In this document: piece by piece, positions 40,827 to 52,769 of the stretch
Layout: each line of letters begins with the position of its first letter
Numbering within the stretch: the first letter of the stretch is position 1
Source of the DNA: a bacterium
GTDB lineage: Bacteria; DRYD01
Length of the DNA stretch: 64,000 bases
Direction: 5' to 3'
Assembly: GCA_039630415.1 (NCBI GenBank)
Contig: JBCNVB010000013.1
Location: 64,001-128,000, forward strand
Made by a program: the position numbers and the translations under genes
The notes under the pieces: generated by a model
Database searches by the model: none
Told to the model about the DNA's origin: nothing
What the model saw: only the letters and a program-made list of their open reading frames with translations

Positions 40827-41544
40827 TAATATTTGACATTTCTTTTGCTCTTCTTTGAGTTATCTTGGATATGAGATTTTGAGCACCTGATTTGAGGGCT
40901 TTATATGCATAGTAAGATACACCTACTATATCTCCCACAATTGCTATTGCTACTAGATAGGGAGCCATTGATGCAAGAGAAGGTAGCGAGAAAGCAGCGG
41001 CAATTGCTCCAACTACACCCAGCAAGTTAGTAATTACCTTCGCTCCATTAACACCTATATCTATTTTGTTCTCATCCAACAGCTTCTTGAACTTATCTAT
41101 CTCCAACATTAGTTGCTTTTTTTGATCCTCTGATAAACTCTGTATCTCTTTTTGCAATGTCTCTAGCTTTTGCTTAATGGTATCTTGTATTTCTTTCCTT
41201 TGTTTAAATTTATCTATGAATTTCCAGGTATCTAGAGCTAAAGTAACCCCTCTTATAGCACCTAAAAGTATTTTATCAACCAATTCTGAAAAGCTACTGT
41301 ATACACCTGTTACTACATTATCCTTTAATTGTTCTGCTATGGTTTTAAAGACAAAAGCTGGATTTTCTTCAATAAACTCTTGAACACTTTGGGCAGAGGA
41401 AATAAAAAAGTCCTGGGCGTAACCAACTACATCTGCTATCTTACTAGTCAAAGGATTCGAAACATTTTTATTAACATTTACGTTCTTATTTACCGTAGTT
41501 AGATTCACTTTATTTGTATTTTCTATGTTCGACATATGTGTCAT
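40813..41544 (-). CDS. Orphan protein with an Asn/Thr/Val-rich N-terminus, a coiled coil and a C-terminal hydrophobic hairpin
   Basis: GGAGGGA RBS at 41551-41557 before ATG 41544 (MTHMSNIEN...); 243 aa. Confidence 0.8.
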   Translation of the reverse strand: MTHMSNIENTNKVNLTTVNKNVNVNKNVSNPLTSKIADVVGYAQDFFISSAQSVQEFIEENPAFVFKTIAEQLKDNVVTGVYSSFSELVDKILLGAIRGVTLALDTWKFIDKFKQRKEIQDTIKQKLETLQKEIQSLSEDQKKQLMLEIDKFKKLLDENKIDIGVNGAKVITNLLGVVGAIAAAFSLPSLASMAPYLVAIAIVGDIVGVSYYAYKALKSGAQNLISKITQRRAKEMSNINETK

Positions 41545-41629
41545 TTTTAATCCCTCCTGTAAAAGTCTTATCCTGTTTATGACTTTGTTATGCATATAAA
41601 TATGTACGTCAGGTAGTTTATTGGTCAAA

Positions 41630-41646
41630 TGTAAAAAAAATGTTAA
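41630..41646 (-). promoter_or_regulatory. Direct-repeat box TTAACA-TTTTT-TTTACA
   Basis: Plus strand TGTAAA(41630)-AAAAA-TGTTAA(41641), upstream of the 41544 start and divergent from valS. Confidence 0.65.
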
Positions 41647-41704
41647 ATATTTGTGATAATATCATATTGAAGGCTTTTGCAAATATCTGAAAAATTAATA
41701 TATT

Positions 41705-44359
41705 ATGAGTATGGATCTGAATAAAAGTTATGATTTTAAAGAAGTAGAGAATCAGGTTATCAAAGAATTTAGCCAAATGGAAATTAATCCTCAGTTTGCC
41801 CAGAATACATTCAGTATAGCTGTTCCTCCACCAAATGTTACTGGCTCCCTTCATATGGGACATGCTTTGAATTGTACAATCCAAGATTTTCTGATTAGAT
41901 ATAACCTTCTTTTGGGTAAAGACAGTGTATGGTTTGTTGGTACTGATCATGCTGGTATAGCTACTCAAACAGTCGTTGAAAAAAACCTCCTTAAACAAGG
42001 AATAAGAAGAAGTGATATAACACCCGAAGAATTTCTTAGCAAAATCTGGGAATGGAAAGAACAGTACGGTAGCATTATCTTAGATCAATTTCAAAGACTA
42101 GGCATATACGCAAATATAAAATCTGCTAGATTTACAATGGACCCAGAATATACTAAAGCTGTTAAAAAAGCTTTTGTAGAACTTTACAAAAAAGGTTATG
42201 TATATAAGGGTAAAAGAGTGGTGAACTGGTGCCCCAGATGTTTGACCAGTCTTTCTGATCTAGAAGTGGTTCATAAACCAACACCAACTAAACTCTACTA
42301 TGTAAAATATAAACTGAATGATGGATACATAATAATCTGTACTACTCGTCCTGAAACAATATTAGCAGATACTGCCATAGCTGTCAACCCCAATGATAAA
42401 AGATACTCTTCTTTGATAGGAAATTATGCTGAAGTACCAATAGTTAAGAGGTTGGTCCCTATAATATCTGATCAAGAAGTAGATATGGAATTTGGAACAG
42501 GAGCACTAAAAGTTACTCCAGCCCACGACTTTAATGACTTCAAAATATACCAAAAAAATCAACAAATTGACATAATTAACATATTTAACACCAAAGCCCA
42601 ATTAGTAATAGATAAAATAATAAATGAACACAACAAGGAAATCTTAGAATCCTATCAAGGATTAGATAGATATCAAGCAAGAGAAAAAATCATCAAAGAC
42701 CTAACTGAGCAAAACTTACTACACAAGATAGAGGATTATACAACCAACATAGGTTATTGCTATAGGTGTGATACAGTAATAGAACCCTACTATTCTGATC
42801 AATGGTTTATATCGATGAAAGAACTTGTTAGAAAACCTAAGGAAGTAGTGGAGAATGATCAGATAAGATTTTTCCCTTCAACGTATAAAAAAGTAGTGAT
42901 AGATTGGTATGAGAATATTCAAGATTGGTGTGTTTCTAGACAGATATTATGGGGTCATAGAATACCTGTGTACTACTGTAAAGATTGTGGGTATGAGGAT
43001 GCTAGTGAAGAAGAATTGAGAGTTTGTCCTAAGTGTGGGAAAAATTTAGAGCAAGAGAAAGATGTGTTGGATACATGGTTTAGTTCAGCTTTATGGCCAT
43101 TTGCTGTTATGTATTGGCCCCTCGATAAGTTTCAGAAATATCAACAAAACTACTACCCAACAAATGTACTAACAACTGCAAGAGAAATAGTTTTTCTTTG
43201 GGTTTCCAGAATGATAGTTATGTCAATGTTTTTCTTAAATCAAATACCTTTTAAAGATGTAATAATCCATGCTGTTATACTAGCTCCATCAGGAAAAAGA
43301 ATGAGTAAATCTTTAGGAACAGGAATAGATCCACTTGAGTTAATAGAGAAATATGGAGCGGATGCTTTGAGAATGGGACTAATTATTCAAACTGCAGAAT
43401 CACAAGACGTAAAATTTAGCTATGAAAAAATCGAGATGGCAAGGAATTTTATTAACAAAATATGGAACTCCATAAGATACTTCCAAATAAGAAAAACTAA
43501 TCCCAATGCTAAATCAAAACTATCTTTTCAAACCATCGAACTTATAAACCTTTGGCTATACCTAAATCTCTACGAATTAGTAAATAAGCTTGATCAACTG
43601 GCAAATAACTACAAATTCTTTGATTATTGTATGAGTTTATATCAATTTGTTTGGAATGTTTTCTGTGATTGGTATATAGAGTTTACTAAGTTCATGGATT
43701 ATTCTGATTTTGAAAAAACAGTACAAGATGCCTTAAGAATAATTCTTCTATATCTTCATCCGTTAACTCCATTCTCTACTTATTTCCTGTATCAAAAAAT
43801 ATTCCAAAAAAACATAATGCAAGAAAAAATTCAAAATGCTAAGGATGCGATACAAGAACAAATTCAAAACATAGAGAATGAGGGTATAAAATGTTCGAAA
43901 ATTGATGATTTAATAGAATCAATAAAGCAGATAAGACCATTTATAAATGAGATAATAAATTTAACTGCTAAACAGAATGTAACTGTACACTATCAAAGCT
44001 TTGATGATCAAATAGATCATAGGGATCTAATTTTCTTGTTCAATACATTTACGAAAACTGTACATAATGCAGTTAATGATCATAAAATTGACGAACAACT
44101 ATCAAACTACTTTGTTATAAATACGAAAATAGGAAGTATAAAAATATTCGTAGAAAAGGAATACATATCCAAATTTAGGGAGTTTGTAGACCAAAAAATA
44201 AGGAAGTTAGAGGAAAATGTGAACAAAATACAAAAACTTCTTAACAATTCAGAATTCATTTTAAAAGCAGATAGACAAGTGGTTGATAACTACCGAGAAC
44301 AACTTCAAAACTACCTTCAAATGATAGAGATTAACAAAACGATACTGGATCAAATATAG
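41705..44359 (+). CDS. valS: Valine--tRNA ligase
   Basis: [56 protein letters not shown]-terminal coiled coil. Confidence 0.96.
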   Translation: MSMDLNKSYDFKEVENQVIKEFSQMEINPQFAQNTFSIAVPPPNVTGSLHMGHALNCTIQDFLIRYNLLLGKDSVWFVGTDHAGIATQTVVEKNLLKQGIRRSDITPEEFLSKIWEWKEQYGSIILDQFQRLGIYANIKSARFTMDPEYTKAVKKAFVELYKKGYVYKGKRVVNWCPRCLTSLSDLEVVHKPTPTKLYYVKYKLNDGYIIICTTRPETILADTAIAVNPNDKRYSSLIGNYAEVPIVKRLVPIISDQEVDMEFGTGALKVTPAHDFNDFKIYQKNQQIDIINIFNTKAQLVIDKIINEHNKEILESYQGLDRYQAREKIIKDLTEQNLLHKIEDYTTNIGYCYRCDTVIEPYYSDQWFISMKELVRKPKEVVENDQIRFFPSTYKKVVIDWYENIQDWCVSRQILWGHRIPVYYCKDCGYEDASEEELRVCPKCGKNLEQEKDVLDTWFSSALWPFAVMYWPLDKFQKYQQNYYPTNVLTTAREIVFLWVSRMIVMSMFFLNQIPFKDVIIHAVILAPSGKRMSKSLGTGIDPLELIEKYGADALRMGLIIQTAESQDVKFSYEKIEMARNFINKIWNSIRYFQIRKTNPNAKSKLSFQTIELINLWLYLNLYELVNKLDQLANNYKFFDYCMSLYQFVWNVFCDWYIEFTKFMDYSDFEKTVQDALRIILLYLHPLTPFSTYFLYQKIFQKNIMQEKIQNAKDAIQEQIQNIENEGIKCSKIDDLIESIKQIRPFINEIINLTAKQNVTVHYQSFDDQIDHRDLIFLFNTFTKTVHNAVNDHKIDEQLSNYFVINTKIGSIKIFVEKEYISKFREFVDQKIRKLEENVNKIQKLLNNSEFILKADRQVVDNYREQLQNYLQMIEINKTILDQI

Positions 44360-44381
44360 GTTCAGGATTTCACTACAATTT

Positions 44382-45464
44382 ATGCTTTGTAGAAATATTA
44401 GACTTCTAAAACCGGTTGATATAAAAAAACACTTAGATGACTACGTTATAGGTCAAGAAAGGGCAAAAAAGATATTATCAGTGGCTGTTTACAATCATTA
44501 TAAAAGAGTACTATTGGGTACTAGAGGTAGTGTAGTAGAGGAGATGGGATTACAAGAGGTAGAGTTACCAAAATCAAACGTATTGATGATAGGTCCCACA
44601 GGATCTGGAAAAACATACTTAGCTAGTACTCTAGCTAAGATATTGAATGTACCTTTTTCTATATCTGATGCTACTTCTCTAACGGAGGCTGGTTATGTTG
44701 GAGAAGATGTTGAAAATATTCTGCTTAGGTTAATTCAAGCTGCTGGCTGGGATATAGAATATGCTCAGATTGGTATATGCTATATAGATGAAATAGATAA
44801 GATAGCCAGAAAGAGTGCGGATAATCCTTCTATAACGAGGGATGTTTCGGGAGAGGGAGTGCAACAAGCTTTGCTAAAAATCCTTGAAGGAACCATAGCT
44901 AACGTACCTCCTCAAGGAGGTAGAAAACATCCCCATCAACAATTCATACAATTCGATACCACCAACGTACTATTTATAGCTGGTGGAGCTTTCAGTGGTA
45001 TAGAGGATATAATAAAATCCAGATTAAAAACTTCTTCCATAGGATTTAGAACAAATCCAACAAAACAGGAAGAAACTGACTATATATCATCAGTAGACAA
45101 TGAAGATCTCTTAAAGTATGGATTTATACCTGAGTTCATAGGTAGGTTTCCTGTTATAGCAACTCTATCTAAATTGGGTTTGGAGGAATTGAAGGATATA
45201 CTTGTTAAGCCGAAGAACTCTATAATAAAACAGTATCAAAAATTACTAGCTTTAGATGGTATAAAGCTAACGGTGGAAAAGGAAGCGATAGAAACTATAG
45301 CACAAAAAGCTTACGAGAGTAAGACGGGTGCAAGAGCACTCAAGTCTATTGTAGAAAATATACTCCTAGATGTAATGTTTGAAATACCTCACCTAGAAAA
45401 TGTCAAGGAAGTGATAATTACTAAGCAAGTAGTAACTGAAAACAAAAAACCGATCTTGAAATGA
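44382..45464 (+). CDS. clpX: ATP-dependent Clp protease ATPase subunit ClpX, no N-terminal Zn-binding domain
   Basis: [52 protein letters not shown] loop. Confidence 0.93.
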   Translation: MLCRNIRLLKPVDIKKHLDDYVIGQERAKKILSVAVYNHYKRVLLGTRGSVVEEMGLQEVELPKSNVLMIGPTGSGKTYLASTLAKILNVPFSISDATSLTEAGYVGEDVENILLRLIQAAGWDIEYAQIGICYIDEIDKIARKSADNPSITRDVSGEGVQQALLKILEGTIANVPPQGGRKHPHQQFIQFDTTNVLFIAGGAFSGIEDIIKSRLKTSSIGFRTNPTKQEETDYISSVDNEDLLKYGFIPEFIGRFPVIATLSKLGLEELKDILVKPKNSIIKQYQKLLALDGIKLTVEKEAIETIAQKAYESKTGARALKSIVENILLDVMFEIPHLENVKEVIITKQVVTENKKPILK

Positions 45465-47245
45465 ATCAAATAGAGCTTGTAAAAAAACTAGCAAATATAA
45501 ACCTAGTTTACGTGGCAATTATTGTATTTATAAATCTACTAAGCTACTTCTCGTTCAAAAGTTTAGATTTGATACTTATAGGATTAAGTGTAATAGTAAT
45601 GTTTGTTTCTTCTTTGCCATATTTTAGGGAATTCAATATAGAGAATTTCAAGCTAACATTTTTTCTCCAAGGGTTAGGGCTGGTTGCTATATGTATATTC
45701 CTAACGTTTAAAAACCCACTCTATATTTTTCTCTTAGGTTTAAATGCTACATACATATTCTCGTTGTCAATTTTTAAGGATGGATATAAATATGCTATAC
45801 CTCTTTTGATCTTGTCAATTATACCCATATTTTACTTCTTGTTCGATGCTAAATATATCATTCAGCTAAGTAAGATTTATAGTAGTATACAAAGTTTTAG
45901 AGGAGGATATTTGAATTTTTTGTTGGTATTTGTATTCATAATTTCTATTGGATTATATGTTGTTACCCAACTTAGAAGCTTCATAATGGATTATTACAAA
46001 TCTCAGGTTATGAGTAATATTCAGGCTAGAATGGATGAGATAAATAGGGTTGCACAGCAAAAAGCAAGAGAAGCTGAAGAAAAACATAGAGAAATAATTC
46101 TAGTAAAAGAAAAGCAAGAAAAGATATTTGCTATAAATACTGATCTAGCAAAAAGAGTAAAGAACATAAAAGCTCAGCTACAATATATTTCTTCCGAATT
46201 AAAAGATATGTTATATGCTACTGGTGTAGTAGTGTTGTTTGAAAGAGGTGGATTTATAACTGCGGATTACCATGTTGATGTTCCTTTACCAGTTGTTGAT
46301 ACCCTTAAAGTATCTCCAAAAACAAATGAAATTGTTAAAAATTTCATCTTTAAATGCCTAAAAAATAAGGAAATTATGCATATCAATAAAAGAAAAGAAA
46401 TATTTGTTAAAGACTTTAGTAAAGAGGAGTGTATAACGTTTTTACAAAGTCTCTCAAAACTTACATTTGATGTATACGAAATACTCATGGTACCGATAAT
46501 AAACAGCTTTGGGGAATCTATGGGGGTTTTTGTGATATTCAATAGCAGGCAGGATTATTTTACTGATATTGATAAGAGATTAGCTGAGTTATTGGGAGTT
46601 CAAGCGGGAATACTTATTCATAACTCAATGTTAATAAAGAAAATTGAAGATACATTCTACGAGACTATAAATGCTTTTAGCAGTGCTATTGAAGCTAAAG
46701 ATAAATATACACCTGTGCTACATACCTACAGGGTTGGTGAATTGGCATATAAAGTTGCTCTTGAAATGGGTCTAAGTGAGGAGGAAGCAGAAAGGATAAA
46801 AATAGCTGGTATACTTCACGATGTAGGAAAATTAGCTATACCAGATAGTATACTAGCAAAGCAAGGACCATTAACCGAAGAAGAAAGAGAAATAATAAAA
46901 ACTCATTCGGAAGAAGGTAGTAAAATCCTGTCTAAAATTTCATTCTTTAGAGAAAAAAATATTCACATATATGTTCTATACCATCATGAAAGAGTTGACG
47001 GTAGAGGATATCCAAAAGGTCTAAGAGGAAGAGAAATACCGCTAGCATCAAATATCATATCGGTAGCAGATACATATGATGCAATATCTACACCCAGACC
47101 TTATAACAAACACTACGCATCAGAACAAAAAGCAATAGAGATTATTAAAGCAGAAAGAGGAAGACAGTTCTTTGAAGAAGTTGTTGATGCCTTCTTTAGG
47201 GTTTTAGAGAAAGAAAAAGCTAAGAAAAAAGTGGGAAATGTATAA
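45461..47245 (+). CDS. Membrane-bound GAF + HD-GYP phosphodiesterase
   Basis: Several TMs, a coiled coil, a GAF-like region, [29 protein letters not shown]. Confidence 0.9.
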   Translation: MNQIELVKKLANINLVYVAIIVFINLLSYFSFKSLDLILIGLSVIVMFVSSLPYFREFNIENFKLTFFLQGLGLVAICIFLTFKNPLYIFLLGLNATYIFSLSIFKDGYKYAIPLLILSIIPIFYFLFDAKYIIQLSKIYSSIQSFRGGYLNFLLVFVFIISIGLYVVTQLRSFIMDYYKSQVMSNIQARMDEINRVAQQKAREAEEKHREIILVKEKQEKIFAINTDLAKRVKNIKAQLQYISSELKDMLYATGVVVLFERGGFITADYHVDVPLPVVDTLKVSPKTNEIVKNFIFKCLKNKEIMHINKRKEIFVKDFSKEECITFLQSLSKLTFDVYEILMVPIINSFGESMGVFVIFNSRQDYFTDIDKRLAELLGVQAGILIHNSMLIKKIEDTFYETINAFSSAIEAKDKYTPVLHTYRVGELAYKVALEMGLSEEEAERIKIAGILHDVGKLAIPDSILAKQGPLTEEEREIIKTHSEEGSKILSKISFFREKNIHIYVLYHHERVDGRGYPKGLRGREIPLASNIISVADTYDAISTPRPYNKHYASEQKAIEIIKAERGRQFFEEVVDAFFRVLEKEKAKKKVGNV

Positions 47246-47260
47246 AAAGGAGGAAAAACT

Positions 47261-47806
47261 ATGAAAATAACCTTCTATACTCGAGGAGTAGAAATAGATG
47301 ATCAAACTAGGCTCAGAATAAAAGAAAAATTTGATAGACTAAACCGCTACTTTTCCAAAATAGAAAAATATCAAACTGAAGACACGCTAAAAATTGATAT
47401 ACATGTAGACTATCAAAAAGGCATGTATAATGTCAAAATAATTCTTGATCTTGATGGACAAGAATTGGTTATCAAAGACTCTGCCAATAGCTTAATGGAT
47501 GCAATAAACTCTGTCGTTGATTCAATGGAAATTAAACTCTCAAAATATAAGGATAAGGTTGTTACAGGACATAGACATAGAATCAGAGTAGTTGATAACC
47601 AAGAAAACGAGGAAACACAAACTAAGGAGGTAGATATAATTAGAAAAAGGATAGAAGTACCAGTAATATCTGAAAGAAAAGCAATAAACGCTTTATTACA
47701 GGATAGATCTATTTCTTACTTCGTTTTTTATAACAGGGATACTGACAAAATAAATCTAATCAGCAGAACTGAAAATGGATTGATCTTAACTGAATTAGTT
47801 ATATAA
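47261..47806 (+). CDS. hpf: Ribosome hibernation promoting factor (long HPF)
   Basis: MKITFYTRGVEI...KFDRLNRYF...DAINSVVDSMEIKLSKYKDK; C-terminal YFVFYNRDTDKINLISR; upstream of secA. Confidence 0.85.
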   Translation: MKITFYTRGVEIDDQTRLRIKEKFDRLNRYFSKIEKYQTEDTLKIDIHVDYQKGMYNVKIILDLDGQELVIKDSANSLMDAINSVVDSMEIKLSKYKDKVVTGHRHRIRVVDNQENEETQTKEVDIIRKRIEVPVISERKAINALLQDRSISYFVFYNRDTDKINLISRTENGLILTELVI

Positions 47807-47821
47807 AACAACCTTTTAAGT

Positions 47822-50320
47822 ATGATTGGTTTACTCAAAAAAATACTAAAAATATTTGACCCTAATGAAAGAGAAATAAAGAAAATACTGCCACTCGTAA
47901 ATAAAATAAACGAATTGGAAAAAGAAATAAGTAATCTATCTGATGGTGAATTAAAACAAAAGACAAATGAGTTCAAGGAGAGATTATCTAAAGGGCAGAG
48001 TTTGGATGACATTCTGCCCGAAGCTTTTGCAGTTGTCAGGGAAACTTCTAAAAGAGTTTTGTCAATGAGACATTTTGATGTTCAACTAATAGGGGGTATA
48101 GTTCTTCATCAGGGAAGAATAGCTGAAATGAAAACGGGTGAAGGTAAAACATTAGTTGCTACTTTACCTGCATATCTGAATTCCTTAACCTCAAATGGTG
48201 TTCACGTAGTAACAGTTAATGATTACCTTGCTAAGAGAGATTCTGAATGGATGGGACCAATTTATCAATTCCTAGGAGTATCTGTCGGATATATTAACCA
48301 GTTAATGGATAAACAAACAAGAAAAAAAATGTATTCTTGTGACATAACATATGTTACTAATTATGAAGTTGGTTTTGATTACCTAAGAGATAACCTGGTT
48401 TATAACCTTCAGGATAGGGTTTTGAGAGGATTAAATTATGCAATAGTAGATGAGGTAGATTCAATATTAATAGATGAGGCGAGAACTCCACTCATCATCT
48501 CTGGACCTGCAGAAGATAAGCCAGAACTATTTGAAAAATTTGCAAAAATCGCTCAAGAAATGAAACCAGATGAACACTATAAAGTAGAAGAAAAATCAAA
48601 CTCAATATCATTAACCGAACAAGGAATTGCATTTTTGGAACAAAAGCTTAAAATCAATGACTTATATAGTAATGAAAATTGGATTTATGCTTTCCATATA
48701 AATGTAGCACTCAAAGCTAAGGAATTTTTCAAGAAAGATAAAGAGTACATTATAGAAAACGGAGAGATAATAATAATCGATGAGTTTACTGGTAGGAAAA
48801 TGTATGGTAGAAGATTTTCGGGTGGAATACATCAAGCTATCGAAGCCAAAGAGGGAATAAAAGTTAGACATGATAATCGAACCCTCGCTACCATAACTTA
48901 CCAGAACTTCTTTAGAATGTATAAAAAACTTGCTGGCATGACTGGAACTGCTGCTACAGAAGAACAAGAGTTTAAACAAATCTATAACATGGATGTAGTG
49001 GTTATACCAACATATAAACCTACAAGAAGAAAAGATCATTCGGATAAAGTATTTATGGATGAAGGGGAAAAATTTGCCGCTTTAGTAGATTTTGTCGAGG
49101 AGTTACATAAAGCTGGTAGACCAGTACTGATCGGAACAAGAAATATAGTAAAAAATGAAGTAATCTCGAGAATGCTAAGTCAAAAAGGAATACCACATAA
49201 TGTTTTAAATGCTAAGAATCATGAGAAAGAAGCCGAAATAATAGCTCAGGCTGGTAAAATTGGAGCAGTTACAGTGGCAACTAACATGGCTGGTAGAGGA
49301 GTGGATATCATTTTGGGAGGCAAACCTCTATCAGATTCCGAACTATGTAACTTACCAGACTGTAAGGTAGAGTTCAAACATACCCCCGAATATCACAAAG
49401 TGGTTGAGTTAGGGGGATTATATGTTATCGGAACTGAAAGGCATGAATCGAGAAGAATAGATAATCAACTTAGGGGTAGGGCTGGAAGGTTGGGAGACAA
49501 TGGAGATACCATTTTTTTTGTCTCTCTTGAAGATGAATTATTCAAAATCTTTGGAGGAGAAAGTCTTAATAACTTGAAAAAATTATTCGCTTCTTTAGGA
49601 CCAAAGGGAAGCGTAGATTCTGTTCTTATAGACGCACAACTAAATGCTCTACAAAAGAAAATTGAAGCCTTTCACTTTCAAATAAGAAAAACTCTATTAG
49701 CCTATGATGACGTAATTAATAGACAAAGGGAAGTAATATACAAAGAAAGAGATAGGATTCTACATAAAACAGAAATATTCGAAGTTATTCTTTCTACTGT
49801 CATTGAAGTTATGGAAAGAACTCTGAACTATATCTTGTCTTTTCAAGAAAGTGTATATACTAAGGAAGGAGTTCTAAATAAAATAAAGGAGTTTTGGAAC
49901 AACTTTAACCTTGAAAAGAATATGATGTTTAAAGTTATCGAGATATTTAATGAAAAGATACCAGCAACTATTACTTCTGAAGGACTGCAAAAAATTTTTG
50001 ATGAACTGGATGATACAATTGCAAGTATGATGCTTTTTGAGCTCAAGCAAAAACTTAGTCTAAATAATTTGCCTGAAGATATAATACTCGAAGTACTTAA
50101 AAATGTGTTACTAGAAATTCTAGATAAACATTGGATAGAGCACTTACATAATATTGAATATCTTAGGGAAGGTATAAAACTTAGAGGATGGGGAAACATA
50201 GATCCTTTAACTGCTTTCAGAACAGAAGCTAATGAATTGTTTGAAGAGATGATCTTGAATATCCATAATGACATCATGCGTACTGTTTTTAATTTGGTTG
50301 TAGTTGTCAGATTTGTTTAG
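47822..50320 (+). CDS. secA: Preprotein translocase ATPase SecA
   Basis: MRHFDVQLIGG, EMKTGEGKT, DEVDSILIDEARTPLIISG, TNMAGRG, RHESRRIDNQLRGR. Confidence 0.97.
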   Translation: MIGLLKKILKIFDPNEREIKKILPLVNKINELEKEISNLSDGELKQKTNEFKERLSKGQSLDDILPEAFAVVRETSKRVLSMRHFDVQLIGGIVLHQGRIAEMKTGEGKTLVATLPAYLNSLTSNGVHVVTVNDYLAKRDSEWMGPIYQFLGVSVGYINQLMDKQTRKKMYSCDITYVTNYEVGFDYLRDNLVYNLQDRVLRGLNYAIVDEVDSILIDEARTPLIISGPAEDKPELFEKFAKIAQEMKPDEHYKVEEKSNSISLTEQGIAFLEQKLKINDLYSNENWIYAFHINVALKAKEFFKKDKEYIIENGEIIIIDEFTGRKMYGRRFSGGIHQAIEAKEGIKVRHDNRTLATITYQNFFRMYKKLAGMTGTAATEEQEFKQIYNMDVVVIPTYKPTRRKDHSDKVFMDEGEKFAALVDFVEELHKAGRPVLIGTRNIVKNEVISRMLSQKGIPHNVLNAKNHEKEAEIIAQAGKIGAVTVATNMAGRGVDIILGGKPLSDSELCNLPDCKVEFKHTPEYHKVVELGGLYVIGTERHESRRIDNQLRGRAGRLGDNGDTIFFVSLEDELFKIFGGESLNNLKKLFASLGPKGSVDSVLIDAQLNALQKKIEAFHFQIRKTLLAYDDVINRQREVIYKERDRILHKTEIFEVILSTVIEVMERTLNYILSFQESVYTKEGVLNKIKEFWNNFNLEKNMMFKVIEIFNEKIPATITSEGLQKIFDELDDTIASMMLFELKQKLSLNNLPEDIILEVLKNVLLEILDKHWIEHLHNIEYLREGIKLRGWGNIDPLTAFRTEANELFEEMILNIHNDIMRTVFNLVVVVRFV

Positions 50321-50371
50321 TATCATCTTTGTTTAGTATTATCCACTGTCCATTCACGTTTTGTCTATAAT

Positions 50372-50399
50372 CTAACGTCATTTTTACATTTTTTTCACA
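50372..50399 (+). promoter_or_regulatory. Direct-repeat box (CTAACG)-TTTACA-TTTTT-TTCACA
   Basis: Hexamers at 50372, 50383 and 50394 (11-bp period), about 57 nt upstream of ATG 50456. Confidence 0.65.
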
Positions 50400-50455
50400 T
50401 TTACTGCTCTAAAAGAAGCTATTTCAGTGAAATCCTAAGATAAGGAGGTAAAATT

Positions 50456-51556
50456 ATGAACGTTAACATATATGTAGGACCAAGAGAATATAACGCTTTA
50501 TGTACGGCAATATCACAGATAGTTTTTTCACAGTCCAGGGAAGTTAAGGAATATGTTCCGATTGGTTTTAACTATAGAAACCATCTATTTGAAATTCAAG
50601 AGAATTTGGAAAGAGAATACATTAAAGCATTGGGTTTAGAGGACGAATCTCATGCTGAAAATTTGGCCAGCTTTTTTATAGAGCAAATAGATTCTCAAAT
50701 ACCACAAAAATTGTACTATGTTAAAGGTAAGAAAGTTGAGGTAATAGCAGCTAATCCAGAAGAGGGTGTTAAACTTGCTAAAGAGTCAGATGAATTTATA
50801 AATAGATTTGCTTCCTACTTATCCAAACCATTCCATTCTAAACAATATGTTATGACGCTCCATAAAGATCCACATAGAAAGGTATTGACTGCTTTGCATA
50901 AACCCGGTCAAAGTGTAGTTATAGGACAAGTTTATAATCAAAATGGGAATTCTACATTGGAAAGAGATGTTTTATATCATGAATTGGGTCATTCTTTATT
51001 GGATGGTATAGTTCCTCAGGCTAAGCGATGCTTTAGTGAAGCTTTTGCAGACATAATGGCATTCCTGAATCAAGCTTCAAAACCAGATCAAGTAAAGGAT
51101 ATAAAAGACTTCAGAAAAAGTAACAGAATATCTCAAATTGCTGAAAATAGTGCTATTGCAAAAGATCACAAGCTGAGTTATATACGTGATTTGGCTCAAC
51201 AACATAGATATAATTGGGTTGATGAATATGAAGCTGGATCAGCTGTAGCAAGTGCTTTTTACAGAACATGGGCAAATTATGTAGAGGGTTTGAAATCAAA
51301 GGGTATACCTCAAGAAGAAGCGGTTAAGATAGCCAATGATAAATTTTCTAGGTTAGCAATAAGGGCTGCTGAAAACTTAGCTAATCATAAAGAACCCAAA
51401 GCCATACACTATGCGGAGTCTATACTAAAAAATCTCGATTCAGATCATGAACTCAGAAAATTATACTACGAGGAACTGCAAAAAATCGGATATAAAGAAG
51501 CTTTAGAGCATCAAAGGCGTGTTGAGGAAGAATTAAGAAAGTTAGGGATACATTAA
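50456..51556 (+). CDS. M4/M36-like gluzincin metallopeptidase, unit A
   Basis: DVLYHELGH (50978-50992)-x15-EAFAD, YIRDLA; AAGGAGG RBS; no signal peptide. Confidence 0.78.
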   Translation: MNVNIYVGPREYNALCTAISQIVFSQSREVKEYVPIGFNYRNHLFEIQENLEREYIKALGLEDESHAENLASFFIEQIDSQIPQKLYYVKGKKVEVIAANPEEGVKLAKESDEFINRFASYLSKPFHSKQYVMTLHKDPHRKVLTALHKPGQSVVIGQVYNQNGNSTLERDVLYHELGHSLLDGIVPQAKRCFSEAFADIMAFLNQASKPDQVKDIKDFRKSNRISQIAENSAIAKDHKLSYIRDLAQQHRYNWVDEYEAGSAVASAFYRTWANYVEGLKSKGIPQEEAVKIANDKFSRLAIRAAENLANHKEPKAIHYAESILKNLDSDHELRKLYYEELQKIGYKEALEHQRRVEEELRKLGIH

Positions 51557-51579
51557 AATGTTAAAGAGGTGAAAAGATT

Positions 51580-52668
51580 ATGAATATTTCCATTGAGAAA
51601 GAAAGGTTGTTCTCTATTTATGATAGGGCAAGGGAATATAATGCTCTATGCAGAACTGTGTCAGAAGTTATTCGTTCACATTCTAGAGAGGTTAGAGATT
51701 ATGTTCCAATCAGTTTTAGCTATATAAATCATTTGTTAGAAATTCAGGAGGCTTTAGAAAGGGAATTCGCGAAAGCATTAGATTCATTAGGTTTAGAAAG
51801 AGAATATAGAGTTGAGAATTTGGCAAGTTCTTTTATGAAATACATGAATATTGTGATGCCAGAAAAATCATACTACGTTAAAGGTAAAAAAGTTGAAGTA
51901 ATAGCTGCCAATTCTCAAGAAGCAGTTAGACTTGCAAAAGAATCTGATGAATTCATAAATAGATTTAGTTCTTACTTATCTAAACCATTTAATTCTAAGC
52001 ATTATGTTGTAACGCTCCAACAAGGTGGAAAATTAAATGCTTCGTATATGTCAGGTGAAAATGTTGTTTTGGGAGGGGTATATAATGAAAAAGGGAATTC
52101 CGTACTGGAAAGGGATGTTTTATATCATGAGCTAGGTCATTCTTTTTTGAATAGTATGGTTCCTCGGGCTAGAGAATGTTTTCATGAAGCTTTTGCGGAC
52201 ATAACGGCATTTTTGAATCAAGCCTCAAAACCTGATCAGATAAAGGATATAAAAGACTTTAGAAAAAGCAATAGAATATCTCAAATAGCTGAGAATACGG
52301 CTATTGCAAAATTTTATGGAATGAATTATGTACGTGATCTGTCTGGGCAGAATAGGTATAAATTGAATTCAAATGATGCACATGGTCGTGGTGCTGCAGT
52401 AGCAACTGCTTTTTACAGAACATGGGCAAATTATGTAGAGAGTTTGAAATCAAAAGGTATATCTCAAGAGGAAGCAGTTAGGATAGCTAACGACAAATTT
52501 TCTAGGGTAGCAATAAAGGCTGCCGAAAACTTAGCCAATCACAAACAACCGTCAGCTTTAGACTATGCACAATCTATACTGAAAAACCTTGATACAGATC
52601 CTGAAATTAAAAAGTTATATTACAGTGAGCTAGAAAAAATTGGATATCAACAAGCTTTAAAAAGTTAA
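51580..52668 (+). CDS. M4/M36-like gluzincin metallopeptidase, unit B
   Basis: LNASY, HELGH (52126-52140), HEAFAD, YVRDLS, NDAHGRG. Confidence 0.78.
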   Translation: MNISIEKERLFSIYDRAREYNALCRTVSEVIRSHSREVRDYVPISFSYINHLLEIQEALEREFAKALDSLGLEREYRVENLASSFMKYMNIVMPEKSYYVKGKKVEVIAANSQEAVRLAKESDEFINRFSSYLSKPFNSKHYVVTLQQGGKLNASYMSGENVVLGGVYNEKGNSVLERDVLYHELGHSFLNSMVPRARECFHEAFADITAFLNQASKPDQIKDIKDFRKSNRISQIAENTAIAKFYGMNYVRDLSGQNRYKLNSNDAHGRGAAVATAFYRTWANYVESLKSKGISQEEAVRIANDKFSRVAIKAAENLANHKQPSALDYAQSILKNLDTDPEIKKLYYSELEKIGYQQALKS

Positions 52669-52693
52669 CAGAATTTTTTTGTAGTATATTGTT

Positions 52694-52710
52694 TTTACAT
52701 TTTCTTTACA
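52694..52710 (+). promoter_or_regulatory. Direct-repeat box TTTACA-TTTTC-TTTACA
   Basis: Hexamers at 52694 and 52705; the leader to ATG 52770 is homologous to the leader before 50456. Confidence 0.65.
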
Positions 52711-52769
52711 TTTACTTGTGTATGAAAAACTATCTTACTTAAATCCCCATATAAGGAGGTAGAAAGATT

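Noticed and set aside
41618-41998. Short antisense or overlapping ORFs in the track (this one and e.g. 26349-26837, 49843-50277, 21593-21814)
   Set aside because: They overlap well-supported genes or the tRNA on the opposite strand and have no motif or RBS
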